Shown here one piece after another: positions 18,026 through 27,716 of a stretch of DNA of 64,000 nucleotides. Location of the stretch: assembly GCA_947366545.1 (NCBI GenBank), contig CANBAL010000004.1, positions 29,136 through 93,135 on the forward strand. Reading direction: 5' to 3'. Positions within the stretch are counted from its first letter, which is position 1; each line of letters opens with the position of its first letter. The translations under genes were made by a program, and so were the position numbers. The notes beneath the pieces were generated by a model. That model worked only from the letters and a program-made list of their open reading frames with translations, did not search any database and was not told the DNA's origin. This stretch comes from an uncultured Clostridia bacterium. Lineage in GTDB: Bacteria; Bacillota; Clostridia; Christensenellales; UBA1242.

Positions 18026-18706
18026 ATGAAAAAAATACTAATGTTGACACTTTCGATGTTCTTCTGCTTATCGATTGGTTTGATTGCTGTTGGTTTTACA
18101 TATTTTAATAAGCCCACCCCTAGCAGTGACATCGTAGAGACACTAACGAAGGCACAAAATCGTACTGTGCAAACAAAACTTAAGAGATGGGGTTACTATA
18201 AAGGGGCTGTAGACGGCATTTATGGGGCACAAACGAAGGCGGCTGTAAAATTGTTTCAAAAGAAAAATGGTCTTACTGCTGACGGAATTGTTGGCCCTAA
18301 AACGGCTGCCGCACTGGGCATGAGCCTTGGCGGAAGCACTGGTAGCACTCAATCCTCAAGCGACCTTAACCTTCTTGCAAGGTGTGTGTACGCGGAGGCA
18401 AGAGGGGAGCCTTATGCTGGACAGGTTGCTGTTGCTGCGGTGGTGCTTAACCGTGTGAGAAGTGCATCCTTCCCTAACACAATATCAGGGGTTATTTATC
18501 AGCCTTGGGCCTTCACTTCTGTAAATGACGGGCAAATCAACTATACGCCAAACGACAGCGCGTATAAAGCTGCACAAGACGCACTTAATGGTTGGGATCC
18601 AAGTTATGGCTCACTATATTACTATAATGCAAGTACGGCGACAAGCAAATGGATTTATTCAAGAAAAACTGTGGTTACCATAGGTAAACATGTGTTTGCA
18701 ATATAG
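18026..18706 (+). CDS. sleB: Spore cortex-lytic enzyme SleB
   Basis: Signal/TM N-terminus, a PG_binding_1 repeat (VQTKLKRWGYYKGAVDGIYGAQTKAAVKLFQKKNGLTADGIVGPKT) and a Hydrolase_2 domain (ARCVYAEARGEPYAGQVAVAAVVLNRV). ypeB follows. The ATG at 18026 follows GGAGG. Confidence 0.85.
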   Translation: MKKILMLTLSMFFCLSIGLIAVGFTYFNKPTPSSDIVETLTKAQNRTVQTKLKRWGYYKGAVDGIYGAQTKAAVKLFQKKNGLTADGIVGPKTAAALGMSLGGSTGSTQSSSDLNLLARCVYAEARGEPYAGQVAVAAVVLNRVRSASFPNTISGVIYQPWAFTSVNDGQINYTPNDSAYKAAQDALNGWDPSYGSLYYYNASTATSKWIYSRKTVVTIGKHVFAI

Positions 18707-18715
18707 GAGGGCGTC

Positions 18716-20080
18716 ATGACAGAGAAAGAAACGAAAAAACAAAACAAAAAATATAAAGGTGCCGTGATAGGACTTTCCATTGCCACAGGGGTGCTTGCTA
18801 TGGGTACAATAGGTTTTGGTATAGCCTATGGCGTGGTGCAAAACGATGCAAATGAGTATGGCACTAGGCTTGAAAATATATATCAAAAAAACTTCTATGA
18901 CCTAGTTGACAGCGTGAATAACAGCGAAATCAAGTTATCAAAAATACTAAATTCATCAACATCTTCCTATCAAAAGAAACTTTTGACAGAGGTGTCACGA
19001 AACGCAACAGAGGCAGAGGTGAGTATTTCCTCGCTTCCACTTTCACAAGAAGATATCAATGAAAATGTGAGAATGGTGAATCAAATGTCTGGGTATACCT
19101 CCACCCTTGCAGACAAGCTTGCAAAAGGTGGAAGTTTGACGAGCGCGGAAAAGGATACTTTGCAAGACATTTATGACAACATTCTTTCGCTAAAATCACA
19201 ACTAAACAAGTTTGCAAGAAAGATACAGGGCGGATACAACATATTACATAACAGTATGGATATTGAATCTGGAGATTTCTCGACGCAAATGTCACAACTG
19301 CATGATGTGGACATTGAATATCCAACAATGATTTATGACGGGCCTTTCTCAGACTCTGTAACAAATGTTGCGATTAAAGGGCTTAAAGGTGACAGGGTGA
19401 CTAAGGAAAAAGCAAGTGAGGTTATTAACGCTAAATTTAAAAATGTGGTGAATCTTGATTATGAGGGTGAAACCAAGGGTAGATTTGATACCTTTAACTT
19501 TAGACTTAAAAACACCGACGAAGAAATGCTTTATGTGCAGGTATCACAGATAGGAGGACATATACTTACAGTAAGCGGTACTGGGAAAAGTGGAAACGGG
19601 TCGAGCTTACAGGAAGAAGATGCAGAAAAACTTGCTCTTGAATTTGCAAAGGCTAATGGAATTGAAAATCCAGAGGTTGTTTGGAAGGATACTATTGCGG
19701 CAGACGCATACTTTAATATCGCACCTATTCAAGGAGGGGTAGTGCTTTACCCAGACCTTGTGAAGGTGAAAATTGACCTTGATTCGGGTACGGTGGTAGG
19801 GTATGATGCAACAACATACTTTACAAACCATGTATCGCGCAGTTTAGGGGCCTTTAGTGTGAGTCTTGACACGGTAAGAGGCAAGGTGCCAAATCAATTA
19901 ACTATTGTGAGTGAAAGAAGGGTGCTTGCCCCACTTGATTATAACAGGGAGGTTCTTTGTTATGAATTTGAGTGTATTAATAGTGAAGATACCTATTACA
20001 TCTATGTCAATGCAAATACTGGCGATGAAGAAAATATCTTGAAAGTAATAAAAACAGATGATGGAAGTAAATTATTGTAA
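18716..20080 (+). CDS. ypeB: Germination protein YpeB
   Basis: 454 aa with an N-terminal TM and C-terminal PepSY-like repeats. It lies immediately downstream of sleB, the conserved sleB-ypeB operon arrangement. Confidence 0.8.
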   Translation: MTEKETKKQNKKYKGAVIGLSIATGVLAMGTIGFGIAYGVVQNDANEYGTRLENIYQKNFYDLVDSVNNSEIKLSKILNSSTSSYQKKLLTEVSRNATEAEVSISSLPLSQEDINENVRMVNQMSGYTSTLADKLAKGGSLTSAEKDTLQDIYDNILSLKSQLNKFARKIQGGYNILHNSMDIESGDFSTQMSQLHDVDIEYPTMIYDGPFSDSVTNVAIKGLKGDRVTKEKASEVINAKFKNVVNLDYEGETKGRFDTFNFRLKNTDEEMLYVQVSQIGGHILTVSGTGKSGNGSSLQEEDAEKLALEFAKANGIENPEVVWKDTIAADAYFNIAPIQGGVVLYPDLVKVKIDLDSGTVVGYDATTYFTNHVSRSLGAFSVSLDTVRGKVPNQLTIVSERRVLAPLDYNREVLCYEFECINSEDTYYIYVNANTGDEENILKVIKTDDGSKLL

Positions 20081-20084
20081 AACA

Positions 20085-20120
20085 AAAATCCACAGACAAT
20101 GAGTCTGTGGATTTTTTTTG
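20085..20120 (+). terminator. Intrinsic terminator
   Basis: Hairpin ATCCACAGAC (20088-20097) / GTCTGTGGAT (20103-20112) followed by T7. Confidence 0.85.
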
Positions 20121-20179
20121 TCACATAAAATTTAACACGAGGTGCCCGTGCCACTGCTTAAACAAAATTTTTGCAATTT

Positions 20180-20446
20180 TTATTCGGCTGCAAGTGTTTT
20201 GTTGTAAGCATCCAAAACAACAGATTTAATCATTTCTCTTGTTTCGGTATTGATAGGGTGAACAATGTCTTTATAATCGCCCTCTGGTGTCTTTCTTCTT
20301 GGCATTGAAATGAAGAGGCCATCCTGTCCACTTATTACCTTAATGTCATGTACTACAAAGCAGTCGTCAATAGTGATAGATGCCACTGCCTTTAATTTTG
20401 CATCGTCCTTTGTTACGAGTCTTACTCTTGTGTCTGTAATTTTCAA
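20180..20446 (-). CDS. spoVG: Septation/sporulation regulator SpoVG
   Basis: 88 aa. MKITDTRVRLV...LKAVASITIDDCFVVHDIKVI...GLFISMP is nearly the canonical SpoVG sequence. Confidence 0.95.
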   Translation of the reverse strand: MKITDTRVRLVTKDDAKLKAVASITIDDCFVVHDIKVISGQDGLFISMPRRKTPEGDYKDIVHPINTETREMIKSVVLDAYNKTLAAE

Positions 20447-20595
20447 ATGTCTTTACCGTCCTTTTTATTCGATTAGCCATGTAAGCCTATAAATATATTA
20501 CTCTTTTTTTATAAAAATTACAAATGATTTTTACTCTTTTTCATTTCTACCGTGATTTTAACAACACTTTTATGAGTTTATTCATAAAAATTAAT

Positions 20596-21321
20596 ATGGT
20601 GTTTGTATATAGCGGCGTAAAAATCCATTATTCCATTTTCGGAGATGCCGAGGGCTTTCCCTGTCTTCTTTTGCACGGTTGGGGAGGAAGTGGGAAGGTT
20701 TTTCAAGGACTAATCAAAAATTTTCCTTCTAGAAAGTTTATTACGGTGGACTTTCCACCCTTTGGGAAGAGTCAAAAAAGGATAAAAGACTGGAATATAT
20801 TCACATATGCAACTATGGTGATGAGTTTATGTGAACATTTGGGTATATCTAAATGCGATGTGCTTGGTCATTCTTTTGGCGGGCGTGTTGCAGTGCTTTT
20901 GTCTGCATTAAAGAAAGGTGTAGTCCGCTCTTGTGTCCTTGTGGACAGTGCGGGGCTTAAACCTAAACGCAGAATGGATTATTATTTCAGACTTTATAGA
21001 TACAAAATACTAAAAAAATTAGGATTTTATCTACCTGACGCAGGCTCGGAAGATTACAAAGTACTTTCCGAAGATATGAAGAAGATTTTTATTGCGGTAG
21101 TAAATCAATATTTAGATGAATATTGTCCTCTTATTACCGCTAAAACACTTATTATATTTGGCAAAAACGATAAAGAAACGCCGCTTTACATGGGAAAAAG
21201 ATTTCACAAACTTATTAAAAATTCCCGCTTTGTAGTGCTTGAAGATGCTGGGCATTACTCGTTTTTAGATAGTCCGCTTGTTTTTTACAAATATTTAGAA
21301 GAATTTTGGGAGGAAGTATGA
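20596..21321 (+). CDS. Alpha/beta hydrolase
   Basis: HGWGGSG oxyanion region, a GHSFGG nucleophile elbow and a C-terminal DAGH. The start is uncertain: 20596, 20572 or 20524. Confidence 0.7.
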   Translation: MVFVYSGVKIHYSIFGDAEGFPCLLLHGWGGSGKVFQGLIKNFPSRKFITVDFPPFGKSQKRIKDWNIFTYATMVMSLCEHLGISKCDVLGHSFGGRVAVLLSALKKGVVRSCVLVDSAGLKPKRRMDYYFRLYRYKILKKLGFYLPDAGSEDYKVLSEDMKKIFIAVVNQYLDEYCPLITAKTLIIFGKNDKETPLYMGKRFHKLIKNSRFVVLEDAGHYSFLDSPLVFYKYLEEFWEEV

Positions 21322-22736
21322 GTTTTTTATACGGCTTTTTGATGCTTATAGTATTGATGTTATGGGCATATGTCTATATGAAAACCTATCAACTTGAAGG
21401 GTATAAAATAGGCAAGTTCTTTGATAAAGCCCTATCTTTTAGCCTTGCATATGGAAAGAAAAACAAACTTGTTTTTACCAAACGAATGTGGCGGTACATT
21501 ATCACCTATATCATTTTCACATATGCACTTATGGTGATAAATTGTCAGTTTACACCGCATTGGGCATTAATTATCTTCAATTTTCTTATATATTTTCTAT
21601 TGACGCCACTTTTTATGGTGGTGGTGCATTTTATAATACTTCCTATTGAGAAATTAATTAAAAAATATTATATGGGTAAAGCGGCACGAAAACTGGCGAC
21701 CAAATCTTGCAAACGCATTGGTATTACGGGAAGTTACGGGAAAACATCAACCAAAAACATTTTGGCGGCAATACTTGGAAAGGAATACAAAGTCTGCGTC
21801 ACTCCGGCAAGTTACAACACTGAAATGGGCATTTGCAAGACAATACTCGAAAAACTGGATGATGAAGATATTTTTATCGCGGAAATGGGGGCGAGAAAGG
21901 AAGGCGATATAAAAATTCTTACCGAGTTTGTCCGCCCACAGTATGCCATACTTACCACGGTGGGACCTCAACATCTTGAAAGTTTTAAATCCCTTGAAAA
22001 TATAGAAGAAACAAAATATGAACTTTTAAGATTTATGGACAGAGAGGGAAGTGCAGTCATAAATGGCGACAGCCAAAGCAATCTTAAATTATACAAAAAG
22101 TGCAAGGTATCAAAATTTTTGACTTGTGTGGAAGGCTCTTATGCATGGGCGAAAGATATAAAAATGGGGAAAGAAGGAAGCACTTTCACCCTAATGATTG
22201 AAGGGCAGGAAGTGGCACTCAAAACTCGTCTTCTTGGGAAGTGTAATATCGACAACATTGTCACTGCGGCTGCCCTTGCCTATATTATGGGGATCACATT
22301 GAAAGATATAAAAGATGCGGTCTTCCGTCTTGAGCCAACTCCGCACAGGTTGGAACTTATAAAGAATGGAAGTGTAAGCATTATTGATGACTCATACAAT
22401 TCAAACCTTACTGGTGCGTTAGAAGCGCTTAAAGTGCTGGAAAACTTTGAGGGGAGAAAAATTGTCATTACTCCTGGGTTTGTAGAAATGGGGGATAAGC
22501 AAAGCGAGTTGAATTTTAGATTGGGGGCAGAGATAGCCGACATAGCGGACTATGTGATTGTGATGAATGAGACAAACAAGAACGCTATACTTTCTGGACT
22601 TATATCGCATAACTTTAAGAAGGAGAGGGTTTTCTTTGCAAATGATCGAGACAAACAAAAAGACTATATCTCGCGCCTAACCACAGAGGGTTGCGTAATC
22701 TTATTTGAAAACGATTTGCCAGATAATTTTAGTTAA
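21318..22736 (+). CDS. murF: UDP-MurNAc-tripeptide--D-Ala-D-Ala ligase (MurF) with a hydrophobic N-terminal extension
   Basis: Mur ligase P-loop ITGSYGKTSTK and a C-terminal IDDSYNSN. The position, before ddl and murE, fits MurF. About the first 115 residues form 3-4 predicted TM helices. Confidence 0.75.
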   Translation: MSFLYGFLMLIVLMLWAYVYMKTYQLEGYKIGKFFDKALSFSLAYGKKNKLVFTKRMWRYIITYIIFTYALMVINCQFTPHWALIIFNFLIYFLLTPLFMVVVHFIILPIEKLIKKYYMGKAARKLATKSCKRIGITGSYGKTSTKNILAAILGKEYKVCVTPASYNTEMGICKTILEKLDDEDIFIAEMGARKEGDIKILTEFVRPQYAILTTVGPQHLESFKSLENIEETKYELLRFMDREGSAVINGDSQSNLKLYKKCKVSKFLTCVEGSYAWAKDIKMGKEGSTFTLMIEGQEVALKTRLLGKCNIDNIVTAAALAYIMGITLKDIKDAVFRLEPTPHRLELIKNGSVSIIDDSYNSNLTGALEALKVLENFEGRKIVITPGFVEMGDKQSELNFRLGAEIADIADYVIVMNETNKNAILSGLISHNFKKERVFFANDRDKQKDYISRLTTEGCVILFENDLPDNFS

Positions 22737-22747
22737 AGGAGAAAAGA

Positions 22748-23869
22748 ATGAAAGATGTTTTAGCGGTGATTTTTGGTGGGAAAAGTGTTGAGCATGATAT
22801 TTCCATCATTACAGCAATGCAGGTGCTTAAAAATTTAAGCCCAAGTTACAACACTCTTCCAGTGTACATACACCCTGACGGAAAATGGTATATTGCAGAT
22901 AACCTTGATAGGGCGGAAACCTTTTTAAATTTTGAGAAAAATGTTGTTAAGAAAAAACAGGTGACGCCAGTGCTTGGTAAACCCTACCTTGTAGTTGAAA
23001 GCGGGGGTAAATACAAGAAGCACATAAAGGTGGATTGTGCTCTTTTATGCACGCATGGAAGAAATGGGGAAGACGGAACCTTACAAGGAGTGCTGGACCT
23101 TTGCTTTATACCTTACACCTCTTGCTCAACCTTATCAAGTGCGATATGTATGGATAAGGCGATTGCAAAAAGGATTATGCGTTCATACAAGATTGCCACC
23201 CCTAAGTTTGTGGATTTTTATGCAAGCGAATATAAGAAAAACAAATTCCAAATTTTAAGCAAGGTAAACAAGGATCTTTCCTTTCCACTTATCGTAAAAC
23301 CTGCGTCACTTGGCAGCAGTGTAGGTATTAGCATATGTGAAGATATTGACGCATTGTCATCACACATAGAGAACGCCATTGTATATGACGGGAAAGTAAT
23401 AATTGAAGAGTTTATTTCTGGTGCAAAAGAATACTGCGTTGCTGTCACAAAGATAAATGGAAATTATCTTGCCTCAAATGTTCAAGAGGTGCATAAGGGA
23501 GATATTTACACTTTTGAGGACAAATATTTAAATAAAAAGGAGAATTTAATTGCAAATATCGCCCCTGCCTTTGAAAATAAACTAAAAAAACTTGCAAAAT
23601 TTGTTTATAGGGCGCTTGAGTGTGACGGCATTGTAAGAATAGATTTTTTATCAAGTGAGGATGACAAGATATTTGTTAATGAACTTAATACCATTCCCGG
23701 TAGTCTTGCGTTCAACCTCTTTGATAGTCCATTTAGAGATTTGTTAGACATAATAATTTTAGAGGCCAAGGACAAATTCGAGGAAAGACAGAAGGAAGTG
23801 TATAAGTTTAATAGCAGGGCTATTGAAAGTTATGTGAAAATAATGAAACAAAATAAATATGCAAAATAA
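22748..23869 (+). CDS. ddl: D-alanine--D-alanine ligase
   Basis: FGGKSVEHDISI N-terminus, ATP-grasp segments (KPASLGSSVGI, ELNTIPG). Confidence 0.9.
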   Translation: MKDVLAVIFGGKSVEHDISIITAMQVLKNLSPSYNTLPVYIHPDGKWYIADNLDRAETFLNFEKNVVKKKQVTPVLGKPYLVVESGGKYKKHIKVDCALLCTHGRNGEDGTLQGVLDLCFIPYTSCSTLSSAICMDKAIAKRIMRSYKIATPKFVDFYASEYKKNKFQILSKVNKDLSFPLIVKPASLGSSVGISICEDIDALSSHIENAIVYDGKVIIEEFISGAKEYCVAVTKINGNYLASNVQEVHKGDIYTFEDKYLNKKENLIANIAPAFENKLKKLAKFVYRALECDGIVRIDFLSSEDDKIFVNELNTIPGSLAFNLFDSPFRDLLDIIILEAKDKFEERQKEVYKFNSRAIESYVKIMKQNKYAK

Positions 23870-23990
23870 TGTATAAATATACGGACGGCATAAATTGTCC
23901 TACTTTGTCTATTTTGCAATATTTTTGCAAGCATGGTTGCATTTGAAGATTTGGTTACTACACTAATAATAAAATCAAAGGGGAGGAGGA

Positions 23991-25460
23991 ATGAAATTAT
24001 ACAAACTTTTAGAAGGGGTTAAGGCGTGGAGCAGTGTCACAAATGAAGATATAGAAATTACAGGCATTAGTATTGACAGTCGCACTTGTAAAAAGGGAGA
24101 TATTTTTATTGCTCTTAATGGTGTGAAAAATAGGGGAGATGACTATATTTCGCAGGCCATTGCAAACGGGGCAAAAGCGATAGTGTCGCAGAATACCTCT
24201 GATAGAGACGGCGAGATTATTGTGCAGGATGCACGGGAGGCCTATGCCCTTATTTGTAAAAACTTTTATGACAGAGCCTGCGACAAATTGAAGATAATAG
24301 GTGTGACGGGAACGAATGGTAAAACCACCACTGCCACCTTGATTGCAGATATTTTGAAGGGGTGCAAGAAAAATGTTGGACTTATCGGTACGCTGGGAGT
24401 AAGTTATGACGATAACGCCTACGATACTGGGTTTACTACTCCCGACCCGCATATTTTACACAAGTGCTTTAAAGAAATGTTAGATGACGGGGTTGAATAT
24501 GTGGTTATGGAGGCCTCTGCACACGCCATTGCACTTAAAAAGTTAAGCGGTATTAAATTTGAAATAGGGGTGCTGACAAACATTACACAGGACCACTTAG
24601 ACTTTTTCAAAGATATGGACAGATATGCATATACTAAACTTTCCTTCTTTAACAAAGACAATATGAAATGTGGGCTTATCAATAGTGACGATGAAAGGGC
24701 AAGGCGACTTTTAGATACGGCGAACCTACCTATCATAAGTTATGGACTTGATAATCCTAGCGACATTTTTGCAATCAATATTGATAGCAGTTTTGATGGC
24801 ACAAGTTTTGTTTGCAACTGTCTTGACAACATTGTGCCTATAAAGACAAATCTAGTAGGGAGATATAATGTTTCAAATGCTTTGGCGGCGATTGGTGTTT
24901 GCAATGCTATTGGTGTGAACATTAATCAGATTGCATTTAATTTGCGGTATATCAGTCCTGTGGAGGGAAGATTTAATATAATCAAACACAAAAATTTTAA
25001 TATTGTTGTCGACTATGCACACACTAGTGACGGGATTGAAAACATACTCAAATCGGCAAAGCCACTTACAAAAGGACGGCTGATTGCACTTTTTGGTTGT
25101 GGTGGAGACAGAGATAAATTAAAGAGACCTATTATGGGCAGGGTGGCAAGTGAAATTGCAGATAAACTTTGGCTTACAAGCGATAATCCGCGAAGTGAGG
25201 AGCCGCTTGGCATCATAAAAGAAATAGAAAAGGGTGTACCTAGCAAGATGGATTATGAGGTTTGCGAAAACAGAGCGCTTGCCATTGAAAAGGCTCTTGA
25301 TGATTGTAAAGAGGGCGATACCCTTGTAATCCTTGGAAAAGGTGCAGAAAAATATCAAGAAATTAAAGGTGAAAAAGTGCCATACAATGACTTTGACGAG
25401 GTATATAAATACTTTAGAAAACATATTACTTTAAAAAGGAGTAATGACGAAAGTGAGTGA
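23991..25460 (+). CDS. murE: UDP-MurNAc-L-Ala-D-Glu--2,6-diaminopimelate ligase
   Basis: GVTGTNGKTTT P-loop and a DNPR motif (LTSDNPRSEEP), which is associated with meso-DAP specificity. Confidence 0.9.
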   Translation: MKLYKLLEGVKAWSSVTNEDIEITGISIDSRTCKKGDIFIALNGVKNRGDDYISQAIANGAKAIVSQNTSDRDGEIIVQDAREAYALICKNFYDRACDKLKIIGVTGTNGKTTTATLIADILKGCKKNVGLIGTLGVSYDDNAYDTGFTTPDPHILHKCFKEMLDDGVEYVVMEASAHAIALKKLSGIKFEIGVLTNITQDHLDFFKDMDRYAYTKLSFFNKDNMKCGLINSDDERARRLLDTANLPIISYGLDNPSDIFAINIDSSFDGTSFVCNCLDNIVPIKTNLVGRYNVSNALAAIGVCNAIGVNINQIAFNLRYISPVEGRFNIIKHKNFNIVVDYAHTSDGIENILKSAKPLTKGRLIALFGCGGDRDKLKRPIMGRVASEIADKLWLTSDNPRSEEPLGIIKEIEKGVPSKMDYEVCENRALAIEKALDDCKEGDTLVILGKGAEKYQEIKGEKVPYNDFDEVYKYFRKHITLKRSNDESE

Positions 25461-26430
25461 TATTTTAAGGTATATTTTAGTTTGCATTACAGGTCTGGGG
25501 GTAGGAGTGCTGGTGGCATTTCCTATCCTATCACTCTGCCGAAAATTAAAATTTTCGCAGACCATACTTCATTATGTGGACAAGCATGCAGGCAAAAGCG
25601 GCACTCCAACAATGGGTGGGTTGATTTTTATCTCCGCGACCATTATAGCCACCTTGTTCTTTATTAAAGGACAAGCCTTTTGGGCGGTGCTTTCCTTGGT
25701 GATTATGCTTGCTTATGGGATGCTTGGCTTTCTTGATGATTTTATCAAAATTAAGTTTCATCAAAACGAGGGGCTTAAACCTTATCAAAAGATTATCGGG
25801 CAGGTGGGTATCTCACTTGTAGTGGCGTTATATGTGTATTTTAATGTGGGCGGACAGTTAGACCTATTTGGTTTAACGCTGAATTTAGGCGTCTTTATCA
25901 TTCCTTTCGTTATGATATTCTTTGTTGCAGTCACAAACAGCGTCAATCTTTTGGACGGCCTTGACGGGCTTGCAAGCGGTGTGAGTGGTATGTACATCTT
26001 CTTCTTTGGTTTGATTCTTGCCATAATTGGTGGACAAGCCTTTTCAAATATGGCGGTGGCATGTTTTGCCATGGTGGGAGCGCTGCTTGCTTACATTTGT
26101 TTTAATGGCTTTCCTGCAAAGATTTTTATGGGGGACACAGGCTCGCTTGCACTGGGTGGGTTTATCGCCTCGCTTGCCGTTTTCTCGGGACTGGAATTAA
26201 TCCTGCCTATAATCGGACTACTTTATGTCCTTACAGCGTTAAGCGACATTTTGCAAGTGGCACACTACAAACGCACCCACAAAAGAATTTTTAAAATGGC
26301 ACCCCTTCATCACCATTTTGAGCAGATGGGTGTGCATGAAAACCGCATTGTCACAATATATATAGTTATAACCTTTGTGCTTGGTCTTGCCAGCATGATG
26401 GGATACTTATTTGTGACAGGGGTTATATGA
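25444..26430 (+). CDS. mraY: Phospho-N-acetylmuramoyl-pentapeptide transferase
   Basis: Polytopic membrane protein with GTPTMGG, NLLDGLDGLA and MGDTGSLALG motifs. Confidence 0.95.
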   Translation: MTKVSDILRYILVCITGLGVGVLVAFPILSLCRKLKFSQTILHYVDKHAGKSGTPTMGGLIFISATIIATLFFIKGQAFWAVLSLVIMLAYGMLGFLDDFIKIKFHQNEGLKPYQKIIGQVGISLVVALYVYFNVGGQLDLFGLTLNLGVFIIPFVMIFFVAVTNSVNLLDGLDGLASGVSGMYIFFFGLILAIIGGQAFSNMAVACFAMVGALLAYICFNGFPAKIFMGDTGSLALGGFIASLAVFSGLELILPIIGLLYVLTALSDILQVAHYKRTHKRIFKMAPLHHHFEQMGVHENRIVTIYIVITFVLGLASMMGYLFVTGVI

Positions 26431-27716
26431 AAGGTTTAGAAGGAAAACGAGTTTTAGTTTATGGAATGGGGACAAGCGGGCAGGCGGCTTGTAAACTCTT
26501 ACATGATAAAGGTGCCTGCGTAAGTTTCTATGATGACGAAGAGAGATTTTCTGGGTTCTTCTCCTGTGAAAAAAATCCAACCTCTAAAAACTACGATTTG
26601 GTGGTGGTAAGTCCGGGGATTAAGGTGATTGGAAATGAGATAATCTCTCATTTTTTATTGAATAAAACCTTAGTTATCAGCGAACTTGACCTTGGGTTTC
26701 AGTTTTGTAAGGGCAAGATTGTGGGTATTACTGGGACCAATGGTAAAACAACCACCACCGCACTTGTTGGGGAGATTTTAAAAGAGGCGGGGATTAAAAC
26801 CTTTGTCTGTGGGAATATAGGGCTGCCTATTTCTTCCATTGCATTGGAGACAAGCAAGGATAGTGTAGTTGTGTGCGAGGTGAGTAATTTTCAACTTGAA
26901 CTTAGCCAAAAATTTTCAGCAGACATTTCAGTGCTATTAAATCTTGCCCCCGACCATATCGACAGACATGGAAGTTATGAAGAGTACAAGCGGGTCAAAA
27001 AGAAGATTATCAACAAAAACACTTTAATTTTAAATTTGGATGATGATGAAGTCAAGGGAGTAAGAATAAGTAAAAAGAATATATATTTTTCACTTAGACC
27101 CCTTAAAAAAGGAATTTATTTGAAAAATAATGCGATTTTCTATAATCGCACGCGAATTATTCCGCTTAGTGAGATTTCTCTCGTTGGAGATAAAAACCTT
27201 TTAAACATTATGGCGGCGGTGGGCGTGGCTATGCGGCTTAAGGTAAAACCAAAGGTGATACGTTCGGCAATTTCCAAGTTTCAGCCACCTAAACATAGAT
27301 TGCAAAGCCTAGGGAAACTTGCAAGCGGGGCGCTTGTGATTGATGATAGTAAGGCGACAAATATTTCCTCTGTGGAAATGGCTCTTGAAAGTTTGCAGGG
27401 GCGAGAAATCTTACTTTTAATGGGCGGACAAAACAAAAATTGTGATTTTGAGCCGTTTTTTGCAAAGGGATATTCTCTATCAAAACTTATCTGCTTTGGG
27501 CAGGCGGGGAAGTATTTAGCCTCCTGCGCAAAAAGGCATGGGTACAATCCAGAAGTATTTACCACGATGAAGGAGGCGGCAATATTTGCGAGATGTGAGG
27601 CTGGAATGGGGCAAATTGTTCTCTTATCGCCAGCCTGTGCAAGTTTTGATGAGTTTGCTTCCTATGCAGTACGCGGCGAGGTCTTTAAGGAGGTTATCTT
27701 TGAAGAGGAAATTTGA
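26427..27716 (+). CDS. murD: UDP-MurNAc-L-alanine--D-glutamate ligase
   Basis: N-terminal Rossmann-like GMGTSG and the Mur ligase P-loop GITGTNGKTTT. It sits between mraY and the SEDS gene. Confidence 0.9.
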   Translation: MKGLEGKRVLVYGMGTSGQAACKLLHDKGACVSFYDDEERFSGFFSCEKNPTSKNYDLVVVSPGIKVIGNEIISHFLLNKTLVISELDLGFQFCKGKIVGITGTNGKTTTTALVGEILKEAGIKTFVCGNIGLPISSIALETSKDSVVVCEVSNFQLELSQKFSADISVLLNLAPDHIDRHGSYEEYKRVKKKIINKNTLILNLDDDEVKGVRISKKNIYFSLRPLKKGIYLKNNAIFYNRTRIIPLSEISLVGDKNLLNIMAAVGVAMRLKVKPKVIRSAISKFQPPKHRLQSLGKLASGALVIDDSKATNISSVEMALESLQGREILLLMGGQNKNCDFEPFFAKGYSLSKLICFGQAGKYLASCAKRHGYNPEVFTTMKEAAIFARCEAGMGQIVLLSPACASFDEFASYAVRGEVFKEVIFEEEI

